64,000 nucleotides of DNA from Treponemataceae bacterium (GCA_963667725.2 CAXXHO010000005.1:288001-352000), one strand, 5' to 3'; shown: positions 1-11,938, numbered from the stretch's first letter. The notes: generated by a model from the sequence alone, not told the origin. Numbers and translations: made by a program.

Positions 1-597
1 GATCGTCGGCGCCGGCATGAAAAGGGAAATGGAACCCGCGATGAGGGCGGTAAATATATGTCCGAGGAGGAGGGAGTCCAGGGGCGAGGCGTCTTTCTGC
101 TTGCGCATGAGCACGATATTCAGGGCGAAGGTCACGCCCGAGAGCGTGGCCGCCATGTCGCCGATCAAGTTTCCTTTACCCAGCGAATCCATGAAGAACA
201 GCACCATGCCGCCGCATATCGCGACGAGAGCGAGCCAATGCTCTATCTTGGGCCTTTCCTTGAGAACCACCGCGCTTATGAGCGCCACATAGATGGGCGC
301 ACCGTACTGAATGAGAATGGCGTTGGCCGATGTCGTATGCTTGTTGGCGAAAACAAAGAGGAGCATGGTGGAGGAATAGGCGATGGCCGATCCCACCTGC
401 AGCGCCGAGAAGCTGAACTTCGGGCGGCGTATCACGGCAAGGAGGAAGAGCGCGGCTATGGCGCTTCGTCCTCCCGCGATAGCGAAAGGCTGCCAATCGA
501 TGAGCTTGATGAAGATGCCGGCCAGGCTCCAGAGAAAGGCGCATCCGGCCATGGCCGCTATTCCCGCCGCTTGCCGGGACATGTACCGATCCATCAT
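1..597 (-). CDS. EamA/DMT family transporter (3' end runs off the window)
   Basis: Manual minus-strand translation from ATG at 597: MMDRYMSRQAAGIAAMAGCAFLWSLAGIFIKLIDW...SANAILIQYGAPIYVALISAVVLKER..., a typical EamA repeat. Missing from the ORF track because its stop lies outside the window. Confidence 0.85.
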   Translation of the reverse strand, partial: MMDRYMSRQAAGIAAMAGCAFLWSLAGIFIKLIDWQPFAIAGGRSAIAALFLLAVIRRPKFSFSALQVGSAIAYSSTMLLFVFANKHTTSANAILIQYGAPIYVALISAVVLKERPKIEHWLALVAICGGMVLFFMDSLGKGNLIGDMAATLSGVTFALNIVLMRKQKDASPLDSLLLGHIFTALIAGSISLFMPAPTI

Positions 598-600
598 TGA

Positions 601-2283
<1,683 letters not shown>

Positions 2284-2480
2284 AGCGGTACTATATCGAA
2301 AATCGCTTTTCTCGTCGCCCCCTGTCGGTAACCGCGAAATCCGCGCGGCGCGATATCGTATCCCTCCTTGCACGAGAGCTCTGGAATTTGAGTATATTCA
2401 TATAATCCGACAACACGGCGATCGTAGGCCCGCCAGTCAGTTTTAATATCATGACCGCCTTATAGGCGGAAAAAGGAAAA

Positions 2481-3260
2481 TTGTTGGAAGACGATCAGGA
2501 AAAGAAGCCGGCAACCAGTGATGTCGCAAAATTCACGATCCGCGAAGTGACGGAATTGGGCAGAGCGGTGCGTACCATGGGAGCGGGAGCTTCATGCATG
2601 GAAGAGGTGGCGGGCAGGATCGTACGATATCTGTACGACACGCTGGTCGATGGCCGAACCGGCGCGCGCGCCTGCCCGCTAATCCGCTTTTTCAAGACGC
2701 AGGCCTATGAGGAACTCCCCGGCGATCTCCAGGCTTTTGCCAAGAAAATGCTCGACAGGGACAGTCCCCAACCCGGCGTGAAATGCATGACCCTCCTTGG
2801 CACCATAGGGGAAGACCCGAAATGGAATTCGCGGGAAACATCGCGGGGTCATCAGGCGATTCCCTTGCCAAGCGAGGAAGTGGTGCATCAGCTTCCCATG
2901 ATCAGAAACCTCATCAAACAGCTGGGCTTGAGCGTTAAATCGGTCGTGAATCCGGATCCGGCTCTCCTGATGGACATGGAACAGAATACTTACGGAGTCT
3001 TTTTCGTTCCCGAAGCGCTCGGAAGCCCCTATATTCCCGGCCAGAAAGAGTTCGTGATACCTTATGGCGTAAAATCGGTAGTGGGATTTGGCGGCATGCT
3101 CCCATCGCTGGATATCTTCGTGGTAATCCTCTTCCTGAGGCTCTCGATCACAAGGGAAACCGCAGACCTCTTTAAAAATCTATCGCTGAACGCAAAATTG
3201 GCCGTTTTACCTTTTGAGAAAACGATATTTGACTCCTCGAAAAAAGGCTCGTCAGCATGA
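2481..3260 (+). CDS. Conserved hypothetical protein, possible GAF-like sensor domain
   Basis: 259-aa ORF with TTG start after AAGGA. Globular alpha/beta sequence (LIRFFKT, SRGHQAIPLPS, ALGSPYIP.Q..FVIPYGVKSVVGFGG). Overlaps the next gene by ATGA. Confidence 0.7.
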   Translation: MLEDDQEKKPATSDVAKFTIREVTELGRAVRTMGAGASCMEEVAGRIVRYLYDTLVDGRTGARACPLIRFFKTQAYEELPGDLQAFAKKMLDRDSPQPGVKCMTLLGTIGEDPKWNSRETSRGHQAIPLPSEEVVHQLPMIRNLIKQLGLSVKSVVNPDPALLMDMEQNTYGVFFVPEALGSPYIPGQKEFVIPYGVKSVVGFGGMLPSLDIFVVILFLRLSITRETADLFKNLSLNAKLAVLPFEKTIFDSSKKGSSA

Positions 3261-5097
3261 CAAACGAAGAAACGACAGCCAACCAGAACCAGCTATTCAA
3301 ATCCCAGATCGCGGCGCTGGAACAATTGCTCGAAGTCTATGAAAAGAGCGTACTGGACAAAACCGACGAACTTTACGCGGAGATCGCCAAACGCGCACGG
3401 ATAGAAGAGGTGCTAAGCCAGTCGGAAGAACGATATCGGACCATAATCGACGAGATGGAAGAATGGTATTTCGAAATCGACCTGAAAGGCAGGTTCACGT
3501 TCTTTAACGATATCTTGGCGAATGCCTTGGACCTGTCGAGGGAAGAGCTGCTCGGCAGGAATTATCAGGATTTCGTGAAGAAAGATGAGTTGGAGGCGAT
3601 TTCCAGACTTTTCCACGAAATTTTCACGACCGGTAAATCAACCAGGAATTTTTCATATGAATTTACCCGAGGGAACTCCGCGATCGCCCATATCGAATTT
3701 TCCTTTTTCCCCAAAAAAAACAAGGCGGGCAGAATCGTCGGATTTCGAGGAGTCGGGCACGATATCACCGAGCGCAAGCGCGCGGAAGCCAGGATTCAGT
3801 TCTTCGCCACACATGATAGCCTTACCGGACTGCCCAACCGTCTGATGTTCAGCCAGCTGCTCAACCACGCGATAGAGTCGGCCAAGCACCATAAACGCCG
3901 CCTGGCGGTATTTTTCATCGACCTCGACCGGTTCAAGATCATCAACGACACCATGGGACACGATGCGGGCGACATTATGCTGCAGCAGGTTTCCCAGCGG
4001 TTCATACAATCGGTGCGCGCGGCCGATGTCGTCGGTCGAATGGGCGGCGACGAGTTCATGATCCTGATCGAGGAAGTGCATGAACTTGACCAGATCGCCG
4101 AGGTAGCCCACAAGGTGCTCGCCAATGTCATGAAACCTATCGTTCTCCTGGGCGAGGAATGCCGCGTGACGGCCAGCCTGGGCATAAGCGTCTACCCCAA
4201 GGACGGGGAAGACGAGCAATCCCTGATGAAAAACGCCGACATCGCCATGTATTTCGCCAAGGAAGAAGGCAAGAACAATTACCAGTTCTACTCAAAAAAT
4301 ATCAAGACGCTCTCCATCGAACGCCTGGCGCTGGAGACTAACCTGCGTCTCGCGCTGGAGCGCAATGAGTTTTCCTTGCATTATCAGGCCAAGTTCGATT
4401 TCAAGACAAACGTGATTTCCGGCGTCGAAGCCCTGCTGCGCTGGCAAAATCCGGAACTGGGCACGGTGACGCCCACCCAGTTCATCCCCGTCGCCGAGGA
4501 AACGGGGCTGATCATACCTATCGGCAAGTGGGTTTTGGAGACGGCCTGCGCACAGAACGTAGCCTGGCAGAAGCAGGGGCTCCCGCGGTCCGGATGTCGA
4601 TGAACCTTTCGCCCCGGCAAGCCGCGGATGACAATCTGCTTCAAGATATCAGGGACACCCTAAAGAATACCGGCATGGCGCCAAACCTTCTGGAACTTGA
4701 AATCAGCGAAAGCATGGTGATGCATAATCCCTCGCGGATGATCGCGGTGCTGGCGGAGATAAAAAAGCTCGGGGTGAGGCTGGCTATTGACGATTTCGGA
4801 ACCAGCTACTCTTCCCTCGCCCAAATCAAGCACTTCCCCTTCGACACGCTCAAGGTCGACCGATCCTTCATCCGAAACATTTCTGAGAACGCCGAAGACA
4901 TGGCGATCGCGAAGGCCATCATCACGATGGGCAAGACATTGAGCCTGACCGTCGTGGCCGAGGGCGTGGAGACCGCCGAGGAAATGAACTTCTTGAAGGA
5001 AAACTCCTGCGACGAAATGCAGGGTTACTACTTCAGCAAGCCGATTGTGCCGGAGGATTTCGCCCATCTGTTGCGAGAGCACTCTTCGTCCACATAA
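3257..5097 (+). CDS. PAS-GGDEF-EAL diguanylate cyclase/phosphodiesterase, split by one frameshift at ~4583
   Basis: PAS/PAC (HDITERKRAE), HDSLTGLPNR, RAAD I-site plus GGDEF and EALLRW lie in ORF 3257-4603. The rest of EAL (LELEISES, DDFGTSYSS, LKVDRSF, VVAEGVE, QGYYFSKP) lies in ORF 4528-5097. One extra C at CTCCCGCG joins them. Confidence 0.9.
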
Positions 5098-5142
5098 TGT
5101 TTTGGGAATGTCTTTCTATTCAAAAATCATTATATTTCAAGA

Positions 5143-5904
5143 ATGAAATATGGCATACAAGCGCTGTATCTGATTATCGGTCTCGGCGCCACCCTCGGCC
5201 TCGGTTCCTGCGCGGGAAAACTCGACGCCCAGGCAGTCCAACCCTCACCCTCGGAAATGCTGCCGTCTCCATCCCGAACCCTTCCCAAGGAGAATACGAT
5301 GACAAAGACTCCGGCTCCTCCTCCCCCCTGGTCGGCTTCCCCAGCCTTCGCGAGCCACGATTACGCGAAACCCCTGCCCCTCGCCGACGACAGCGGCCTT
5401 GAATATGCCGTGCTCGCCGGCGGCTGCTTCTGGTGCCTCGAAGCCGTCTACGAGAACCTCCCCGGCGTCGTCGACGTTGTTTCGGGCTACATCGGCGGCG
5501 GCGCTCCCCGGCCTAGCTATGAATACGTGTCCACTGGGGCCAGCGGCCACGCCGAAGCGGTGCGGATCGCCTTCGATCCCGCCCGGGTCAGCTATGACGA
5601 GCTTCTGAAGTATTTCTGGAAGATACACAATCCCACGACGAAGGACCGCCAAGGCGCCGATGTCGGCTCCCAGTACCGATCGGCTATTTTCTACACCAGC
5701 GAGAGTCAGAAAGAGGCGGCCCTCGCGTCGATCGAGAAGCAGAAGCCCTGGTGGCCAGCTCCCATCGTCACGGAGCTCCTTCCGGCCGGGGATTTCTGGT
5801 TAGCCGAGGAATACCATCAGGATTTCTACCGCCGCAACCCCAACTACGGCTACTGCGCCGTGGTCATCGCCCCCAAATTGAAAAAAGCCGGCTTCGGGGA
5901 CTAA
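5143..5904 (+). CDS. msrA: Peptide methionine sulfoxide reductase MsrA with N-terminal lipoprotein signal
   Basis: GGCFWC, GHAEAV, RQGADVGSQYRSAIFY and AEEYHQDFY motifs; lipobox LGSC. Confidence 0.93.
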   Translation: MKYGIQALYLIIGLGATLGLGSCAGKLDAQAVQPSPSEMLPSPSRTLPKENTMTKTPAPPPPWSASPAFASHDYAKPLPLADDSGLEYAVLAGGCFWCLEAVYENLPGVVDVVSGYIGGGAPRPSYEYVSTGASGHAEAVRIAFDPARVSYDELLKYFWKIHNPTTKDRQGADVGSQYRSAIFYTSESQKEAALASIEKQKPWWPAPIVTELLPAGDFWLAEEYHQDFYRRNPNYGYCAVVIAPKLKKAGFGD

Positions 5905-5927
5905 AGCCCGGCCGGCACTTAGGCTGC

Positions 5928-5968
5928 AAAAAAGGGGCGCGTTATCGTTGATACGATAACGCGCCCCT
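5928..5968 (-). terminator. Intrinsic terminator between convergent genes
   Basis: 16-bp perfect stem AGGGGCGCGTTATCGT/ACGATAACGCGCCCCT, preceded by an A-run that gives a U-tract on the minus strand. Confidence 0.8.
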
Positions 5969-5987
5969 CGCGGCACATTCAGCGCTA

Positions 5988-6512
5988 TCAGTACTTCCCG
6001 AGCTGTCGTTGGAAGGCGTTTAGGTGGTTCACTGAACCGTTCTTCAGGTTGGTGAAGAGGGTTCGCAAGTCCGCGTACTGGCTACCCTGGATAAGGGGGC
6101 TCGCCAGGAATTTATCATACATGGCGATATTGTCGATTTCCGCCTGCACCCCGGCCTTGTAGGCATCGAGGAGGGTGGATGGAACCTGGACGTAATTGGC
6201 CGCCTCGTCCCTGGGAAACTGCAGCTTGTAGGCGGCGAAGGCGTCCTTGAGCCAGGCAAGGTGGTTCTCTTCGGCGCTCTTGATATTGCTGAAGGGCCTG
6301 GCCGTACCGAACTTGGCCATTATGGCGACATATTCGGCGCGGGCGAAATATTCGTCCTGGGCGGCATAGAGGAGCATATCCTCTATGGTCAGCGATTCGT
6401 CGGCTTTGGCGGCGGCGTTGCCGTAAGCCGTGAGGGTTCCGGCCGCTCCGGCAGCCGCGAGAGAAAGGGTTACCATCAGCGCGAAGGCGATGGCGCGTAC
6501 TGTTCTTTTCAT
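5988..6512 (-). CDS. Secreted ferritin-like protein (DUF2202-like)
   Basis: Signal peptide; DEYFARAEY, PFSNIKSAEENH, AEIDNIAMY and GSVNHLNAF di-iron ferritin-like motifs. Confidence 0.8.
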   Translation of the reverse strand: MKRTVRAIAFALMVTLSLAAAGAAGTLTAYGNAAAKADESLTIEDMLLYAAQDEYFARAEYVAIMAKFGTARPFSNIKSAEENHLAWLKDAFAAYKLQFPRDEAANYVQVPSTLLDAYKAGVQAEIDNIAMYDKFLASPLIQGSQYADLRTLFTNLKNGSVNHLNAFQRQLGKY

Positions 6513-6581
6513 TTCAATGCTCCTGTTCTACATTTTCGCCACAGGGTCTTTTTCGATCTCCTGGTGACGTATAAATATATA

Positions 6582-6597
6582 AGCAGGATTCATGCCA
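6582..6597 (-). promoter_or_regulatory. Sigma54 (-24/-12) promoter
   Basis: Minus strand reads TGGCATGAATCCTGCT, which is GG-N10-GC, about 70 bp upstream of the DUF2202-like gene. Confidence 0.7.
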
Positions 6598-6680
6598 ACA
6601 ATAAAATAATTATCTATTCTTTATATTATAAAGATATACATAAGACTATAAAAACCGCGACTTTTTAGCGCATGCGAGAA

Positions 6681-6697
6681 TGGGCAATATTTTCCCA
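6681..6697. promoter_or_regulatory. Candidate enhancer-binding-protein site
   Basis: (AA)TGGGCAATATTTTCCCA(TT) inverted repeat; a near-identical copy lies at 32369-32385. Confidence 0.55.
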
Positions 6698-6701
6698 TTC
6701 C

Positions 6702-7487
6702 CTAGAGGTTGGAGGCTTCTATATCCTTGAAATAGCGGACAGTGCCGACCTTGAGCTCAAGGGTCGCGTCCTCGTCGCAAACGATGATGCCTTTCCGGTG
6801 AAGCTGGAGGCAGCTGATCGTCCACATGTGGTTGACGCCTTCCTCGATGGCATGCCGCAAGGCTCTGGCCTTGTTCTGGCCGTTGGCCAACACCAGGACT
6901 TCCCTGGCGTCCATGACGGTGCCGACTCCCACAGTGAGAGCGGTGGATGGCACCTTGGCGGGATCGTTGTCGAAAAATCGTCCGTTGGCGATTTTCGTAT
7001 CCATGGTAAGCGTCTTGATGCGGGTGCGGGAGGAGAGGGAGGAACCGGGTTCGTTGAAGGCGATATGGCCGTCCGGGCCTATGCCCCCCACGAAGAGATC
7101 GATGCCGCCGGCTTTCAGGATTCTTTCTTCGTAGGCGGCGCATTCGGTTATAAGATCGGGAGCCATCCCGTCGAGTATATGAACATTATTGGCGGGAATA
7201 TCTATATGCGAAAAGAAATTATCCCACATGAATCGATAGTAGCTCTGCTGATGTTCCTTCGGCAGGCCGACGTACTCATCCATATTGAAGGTGACGACAT
7301 TCGCGAAGGAAACCTGTTTTGCGCGGTTCATCTCAATGAGTCGGCGATACATGCCGAGGGGAGAAGATCCCGTGGGCAGCCCCAGCACGAATGGACGGCC
7401 GGCGGGAGCTCCGTTTATCTTGGCCGCGACGTAATCCGCCGCCCACTTCGCCACGCCGGCGCTGTTCCGCTGAATGATGACTCTCAT
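6702..7487 (-). CDS. nagB: Glucosamine-6-phosphate deaminase
   Basis: [34 protein letters not shown]. Confidence 0.96.
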   Translation of the reverse strand: MRVIIQRNSAGVAKWAADYVAAKINGAPAGRPFVLGLPTGSSPLGMYRRLIEMNRAKQVSFANVVTFNMDEYVGLPKEHQQSYYRFMWDNFFSHIDIPANNVHILDGMAPDLITECAAYEERILKAGGIDLFVGGIGPDGHIAFNEPGSSLSSRTRIKTLTMDTKIANGRFFDNDPAKVPSTALTVGVGTVMDAREVLVLANGQNKARALRHAIEEGVNHMWTISCLQLHRKGIIVCDEDATLELKVGTVRYFKDIEASNL

Positions 7488-7544
7488 CGTTGTCTCCTTT
7501 CACCTCTGGCGCGAAACCGGACAGTCCTTATGCCGGCCGCCCCG

Positions 7545-8711
7545 TCAAGCGGTATGGACGAACTTGCCCTTGACCATGTTTATTATGACAGAGAAATCTC
7601 GAGAAAGGATAGCCAGATCGGCAAAAAAACCTGGGCTTATCTCCCCGCGCTTGGGCAGCTTGAGGATGCGCGCCGGGTTGGAGGAAGCCATCTTCACGGC
7701 AACCTCGAGAGGAATGCCAAACTGGACGAGGTTGCTGAGCCCGCTCAGCATGGTGAGAGAGCTGCCCGCGATGACATCGTCGCATTTCCTGTAGAAAAGC
7801 TTGTCGCTCAGGTACACAACCTCATGGTTCGCAACGAATGGTCCTTCTCCCTGCTCGGTCGGCTTGAGCGCGTCGGTGACGAGGACGATGTTGGTATCGG
7901 GTTTGTCCCGCACGAGAAGGCGGATGAGATCGGGATGGACGTGCTTGCCGTCGGCGATGATCTCGCAGGAAAGGTCGGGCTGGATGAGTATGGCGCCCAC
8001 GGCGTTGGGATTGCGGTGGTCGAGTCTGCTCATGGCGTTGAAAAAGTGCGTCGAATGGCGGATGCCGGCCTGCATGCCTTCCAGCATGTTTTCATAGCTG
8101 GCATCGGTGTGGCCGGCCTGGAGGACGATGCCGACCTTATTGCAGTAGAGGGCCAGTTCGCGCATGCCTTTCAGCTCGGGAGCCACGGTCATGTTGATGA
8201 TGTGCCCCTCGCTGGCGCTATACAGTCGGTGCATGAGTTCGAGGTCGACGGGACGCACGAATTCTGGGCGCTGCACGCCCAGTCTCGCCGAGGAAATGAA
8301 AGGGCCTTCCATATGGACGCCCAGGATGGTGGCGCCCTTTTCGAGCCCCATCGCGGCCACTATGGAACGTATGCCTTTCGTCATATCCTCTTCCGACATG
8401 GGATAGAGGGTGGGACAGAAGGCGGTGACGCCGAAAGCCGCCAGCTTCTCGGACATCATGAGGATAGAATCGGTGGAAAGGTCTTCGGTGCCGAAACCGG
8501 CAAAGCCGTGGATATGCGAATCGATAAGCCCCGGCACGAGGTAAGCGCCGTCGGCGTCGATGATGATGTCCTGCGCTGAAAAATGTTTCTGGAGAAAACG
8601 GCGTTCAGAAAAGACATCGACGATGATTTCGTCTTCGATGAGAACGGCGCTCTCGGGCATCTGGGCGTAGCCGGCGACTACGGTGGCATTGTGGATGCAG
8701 ATAGATGGCAT
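7545..8711 (-). CDS. nagA: N-acetylglucosamine-6-phosphate deacetylase
   Basis: PGLIDSHIHG, HMEGPFIS, TVAPE, GHTDA, THFFNAM, IADGKHVHP, VTDA. Confidence 0.93.
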   Translation of the reverse strand: MPSICIHNATVVAGYAQMPESAVLIEDEIIVDVFSERRFLQKHFSAQDIIIDADGAYLVPGLIDSHIHGFAGFGTEDLSTDSILMMSEKLAAFGVTAFCPTLYPMSEEDMTKGIRSIVAAMGLEKGATILGVHMEGPFISSARLGVQRPEFVRPVDLELMHRLYSASEGHIINMTVAPELKGMRELALYCNKVGIVLQAGHTDASYENMLEGMQAGIRHSTHFFNAMSRLDHRNPNAVGAILIQPDLSCEIIADGKHVHPDLIRLLVRDKPDTNIVLVTDALKPTEQGEGPFVANHEVVYLSDKLFYRKCDDVIAGSSLTMLSGLSNLVQFGIPLEVAVKMASSNPARILKLPKRGEISPGFFADLAILSRDFSVIINMVKGKFVHTA

Positions 8712-8762
8712 ATTACTCCCCGCGTTTTTCGCTTAGCATATAATAAGCATAAATGGGGATAT

Positions 8763-8796
8763 AAAAAAAGCGCCGGAGCTCAATGCCCCGGCGCTT
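8763..8796 (-). terminator. Intrinsic terminator downstream of the TPR-like gene
   Basis: AAAAAAAGCGCCGGAGC...GCCCCGGCGCTT hairpin with a U-tract on the minus strand. Confidence 0.7.
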
Positions 8797-8823
8797 CAAA
8801 GATTCTTGGTAACGGAAGGAACT

Positions 8824-10407
8824 TTATTCAGTGGCGCCCGAAGTGGCGTCAGCCTCGGGGGTTCCGCCCTCGGCCGGCGCTACCGTGGTGGTAGTCGTGG
8901 CCGCGGTATCGGCAGGGGCGGCGGTCGCATCGGCCGGCGCCGCAGTCGTGACGGTTGCTGCCGGCGCGACGGTCGCTGCCGGCGAGGCCTCGGTCGCGGG
9001 AGCCGCGCTCTGCTGGGCTTGGGCGGCCTTGAGTGCCTCGGTCCACTGCGTCTTCAGCTCCGCGATCATTCCGAAGACTTCGTTGCCCTCCGGATATGAT
9101 TTCTTGAAATACTCCTCGGCCTTTTCCAGATCGGCGAGCGCCAGGGTTATGGATTCCGGGGTCTGCGCCGTCTCGCCTGATAGCAGAGCCTTGTAGAAAT
9201 AGAGCGCGGCCAAGGCTTCATCGCCCTCCGCCTTCGCTATCGAGCGCTCCAGATACTTAAAACCGGACTCGGAGTCATTGACGGAGAGCCAAGTCGAGAG
9301 GACGGAGCGGATGACATCGGGATTGCCGGGGAAAGCCGCGGTCACGGCATCGGCAGCGGCGTCGGCCGCCATGGCGTCTCCAAGCTGAACCGCCACGACG
9401 TGACGGATCAAGCCCGGTATGTACTCAGAGGGGAAACTCAGTTCGAACCCGGTCACGTACTTTTCGAGCGTCACCTTGTCCGACGATGCCAGCCCCGCCT
9501 TGATGGCTTGGACATAGGCATTGTTCAGCTCGGTGGGGTCGACGGCCACGGCTATGACCTTGTCCACCAGGGGATACATCTCGGCGTAACGGCCCGTGGA
9601 GAAGTAGATCTCGGCCAGCCTAAGGCTGAGGAGATTGTTTTCCGGCTCGATAGCCAGAAGCTTGCCGAGCACCGACTCGGCCGCCTCGAAGCGCTGAAGA
9701 GCCACAAGTATCGCGGAATGCCTGTCCAGGCTCTGGGCCGTGAAGGTGTCGTAGGCCAGGGCGCGTTCGTAATTCTCGGCGCACTTGGCGAGTATTTCCT
9801 CGTCGGGCTGAAGCCACTGTCCCTGATAATTTGTCCATACCGTATGATAGAAATCGCCTAACATCATCGAAAGCACGGGGGGAATCGCTTCGCCCTTGTC
9901 CTCGATGGCCTTGGCCAGATCTCCGGGGTTGAATTCGACGGGATCGCTTATATCCACGCCGCCGGACCGGGCAAAGTCGAGGTCCTGACCTTCGGCGAGA
10001 TCGACGAATCCGAATACGAGGTGAAGCGTGTTCTGGGCATAGCCGTCGAGAGCGAGCCTGATCTTTTCGGCCAGGATAAAGGCATTGGCGTTCGCCGCGT
10101 CGTATTCAGACAGCAGCGCCCATGCGGAATGCCATTTCCCCAGGGTAGCCAGTTCTTCGGCCTTGGCGATGATCTCGCGATCGGCCGCGATGGCGTCAGC
10201 GAAGAAACTGGCGGCCGGAGTCGTAGCCTGGGCGACGGGTTCCGTAGCCTGGGCGACAGGGGGTGAAGCCTGCGCGGCCGGTTCCGAAACCGGGGCAACA
10301 GGTTCCTGCGTCTGCGCAAAAAGAAGTCCGGAAGCGGCGAACAGCAGGATCAGCGCCGCGGCCACTCTGGCCGCAGGCTTTATTTTTCGTATAGAGGATG
10401 ATTTCAT
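8824..10407 (-). CDS. Secreted TPR-like helical-repeat protein with Ala/Thr/Pro-rich termini
   Basis: Signal peptide; TPR-like helices (AAESVLGKLLAIEPEN..LRLAEIYFSTGRYAE); low-complexity C-terminal tail. Confidence 0.7.
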   Translation of the reverse strand: MKSSSIRKIKPAARVAAALILLFAASGLLFAQTQEPVAPVSEPAAQASPPVAQATEPVAQATTPAASFFADAIAADREIIAKAEELATLGKWHSAWALLSEYDAANANAFILAEKIRLALDGYAQNTLHLVFGFVDLAEGQDLDFARSGGVDISDPVEFNPGDLAKAIEDKGEAIPPVLSMMLGDFYHTVWTNYQGQWLQPDEEILAKCAENYERALAYDTFTAQSLDRHSAILVALQRFEAAESVLGKLLAIEPENNLLSLRLAEIYFSTGRYAEMYPLVDKVIAVAVDPTELNNAYVQAIKAGLASSDKVTLEKYVTGFELSFPSEYIPGLIRHVVAVQLGDAMAADAAADAVTAAFPGNPDVIRSVLSTWLSVNDSESGFKYLERSIAKAEGDEALAALYFYKALLSGETAQTPESITLALADLEKAEEYFKKSYPEGNEVFGMIAELKTQWTEALKAAQAQQSAAPATEASPAATVAPAATVTTAAPADATAAPADTAATTTTTVAPAEGGTPEADATSGATE

Positions 10408-10580
10408 TCTCTCTCCTTGAAATGCGCTCGACCGCCTGATCCGGCGGCGCTATGGGTAATATCGGACAAATATACCATGGCGGGCAGGCTTTGGCATACT
10501 GTCTATTGAACAAACCGAGACTAGTTTTGTATCATGCGTCAGCGCGATTTAAGCACTATTTTCTGCGCAAAAGAAGCAGC

Positions 10581-11243
10581 ATGAGCACACCTATATGGGA
10601 TACTACCCTGATGCGCCGCATTAGCGCGCTGGATATGATATACGCGCGCGTCGAACGCGCCCAATCCGAATTCAGAAAAACCGCCGAGGACAAGGGATCG
10701 CCGATCTCCTGCCCCAGCCTCTGCGGGACATGCTGCATCCATTTCGTGCCCGACATGACGCCCATCGAGGCGGATCGGCTAGCCTATTACCTTCTTACCG
10801 AAAAACAAGAAATGATCGACCATTTCATGGCGCACAGAAAGGAAGCCGAGGTAATGGACTCGGCCTGCCCTTTCTGGGACATCGACAAGCCAGGACATAA
10901 CTGCATGATCTACCCGGCCAGACCCCTAATTTGCCGCCTCTTCGGATTCTGCTCGGTGCTGGACAAATGCGGAGAACCCGCCTTCGCGCTGTGCCGGCAG
11001 ATGCCCGACATCGCCGGCGGCGACAAAAGGCGATTTGTCGGAGTGGCGATGATGGAGCAACAGTTCGGCGCCATCCCTCCCCTCATGGTCGATTTTTCGC
11101 GGACCGTCGCCGCGCTCGACCCCTGCGACGCGGGAGAAAGGAATACGATCGACGAAGCCCTCCCGCCGGCGCTCTCAAGGGTTTCCCTCGTGCTGCGTCT
11201 CGCGGCTGACTCCTCCGAAGATCTGTCAGCATTGCCTGCTTGA
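10581..11243 (+). CDS. YkgJ family cysteine-cluster (CxxxCxxCC) protein
   Basis: CPSLCGTCC, CPF, CMIYPARPLICRLFG motifs. Confidence 0.85.
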   Translation: MSTPIWDTTLMRRISALDMIYARVERAQSEFRKTAEDKGSPISCPSLCGTCCIHFVPDMTPIEADRLAYYLLTEKQEMIDHFMAHRKEAEVMDSACPFWDIDKPGHNCMIYPARPLICRLFGFCSVLDKCGEPAFALCRQMPDIAGGDKRRFVGVAMMEQQFGAIPPLMVDFSRTVAALDPCDAGERNTIDEALPPALSRVSLVLRLAADSSEDLSALPA

Positions 11244-11293
11244 AAAAATGGCGGGCAGGTTATACGGTATAGCTGGCCCAAAGCCGAAGAACA

Positions 11294-11938
11294 ATGAAGA
11301 AATACATCGTCCTGGCCGGCAATATCGGAGCCGGCAAATCCACCCTCGTCAGCCTCCTGGCTGACAAACTCGACTTCATGCCCTATTTCGAACCCGTCGC
11401 GGAAAATCCTTTCCTGAAGGACTTCTATGACGACATGAAGCGCTGGGCCTTCCATTCGCAGATCTTTTTCCTCACGAGCAGGGCCAAGGGACACAGGGAA
11501 CTCGTCAGCGACCCGCGCTCGGTGGTGCAGGACAGATCCCTCTACGAGGACGCCGAAGTCTTCGCGAAAAACCTCTTTCTGCAGGGAGCCCTCGGCGACC
11601 AGGAGTGGGCGACCTATCGCGAACTCTACCGAACGCTGGCCGCCATCCTTCCTCCTCCCGACCTCGTCATCTACATCAGGGCATCGGTCAAAACGCTGAA
11701 ATCCAGGATCGCCAAGCGCGGCAGGGATTTCGAAGCCAAAATACCGGATTCCTATCTGCAGGGTCTCAATACGCTCTACGAAGAATGGATACAGTCTTTC
11801 ACCCTCGCTCCCGTTCTCTCCGTGCCGGGCGACAGGCTCGATTTCGTGGAGGATTCCCATGATCTCGAGGCCATCGTCTCCACCGTGAGAAAGCGCCTCC
11901 AAGACAAGCAGACCATGCTCTTCCCCTACGAAATGTAG
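11294..11938 (+). CDS. Deoxynucleoside kinase
   Basis: GNIGAGKST P-loop, FEPV, QDRSLYED, RIAKRGRDFE lid. Confidence 0.92.
   Translation: MKKYIVLAGNIGAGKSTLVSLLADKLDFMPYFEPVAENPFLKDFYDDMKRWAFHSQIFFLTSRAKGHRELVSDPRSVVQDRSLYEDAEVFAKNLFLQGALGDQEWATYRELYRTLAAILPPPDLVIYIRASVKTLKSRIAKRGRDFEAKIPDSYLQGLNTLYEEWIQSFTLAPVLSVPGDRLDFVEDSHDLEAIVSTVRKRLQDKQTMLFPYEM

Noticed and set aside
2284..2373. N-terminal extensions given in the ORF track for ettA (also galU, tonB, btuB, the AraC gene and the 40859 membrane gene)
   Set aside because: The extensions lack family similarity and run over promoter or SD signals that point to downstream starts.
6672..8579. 635-aa plus-strand ORF, and similar long ORFs at 36015-38195, 49263-51164, 38677-40014 and 51423-52814
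   Set aside because: Antisense or alternative-frame shadows of well-supported genes (nagAB, AOR, M16C, MFS, OMP); expected in high-GC DNA and without recognisable motifs.
10491..10510. TTGGCATACTG as a third sigma54 promoter
   Set aside because: No GC at the -12 position (GG-N10-AT).
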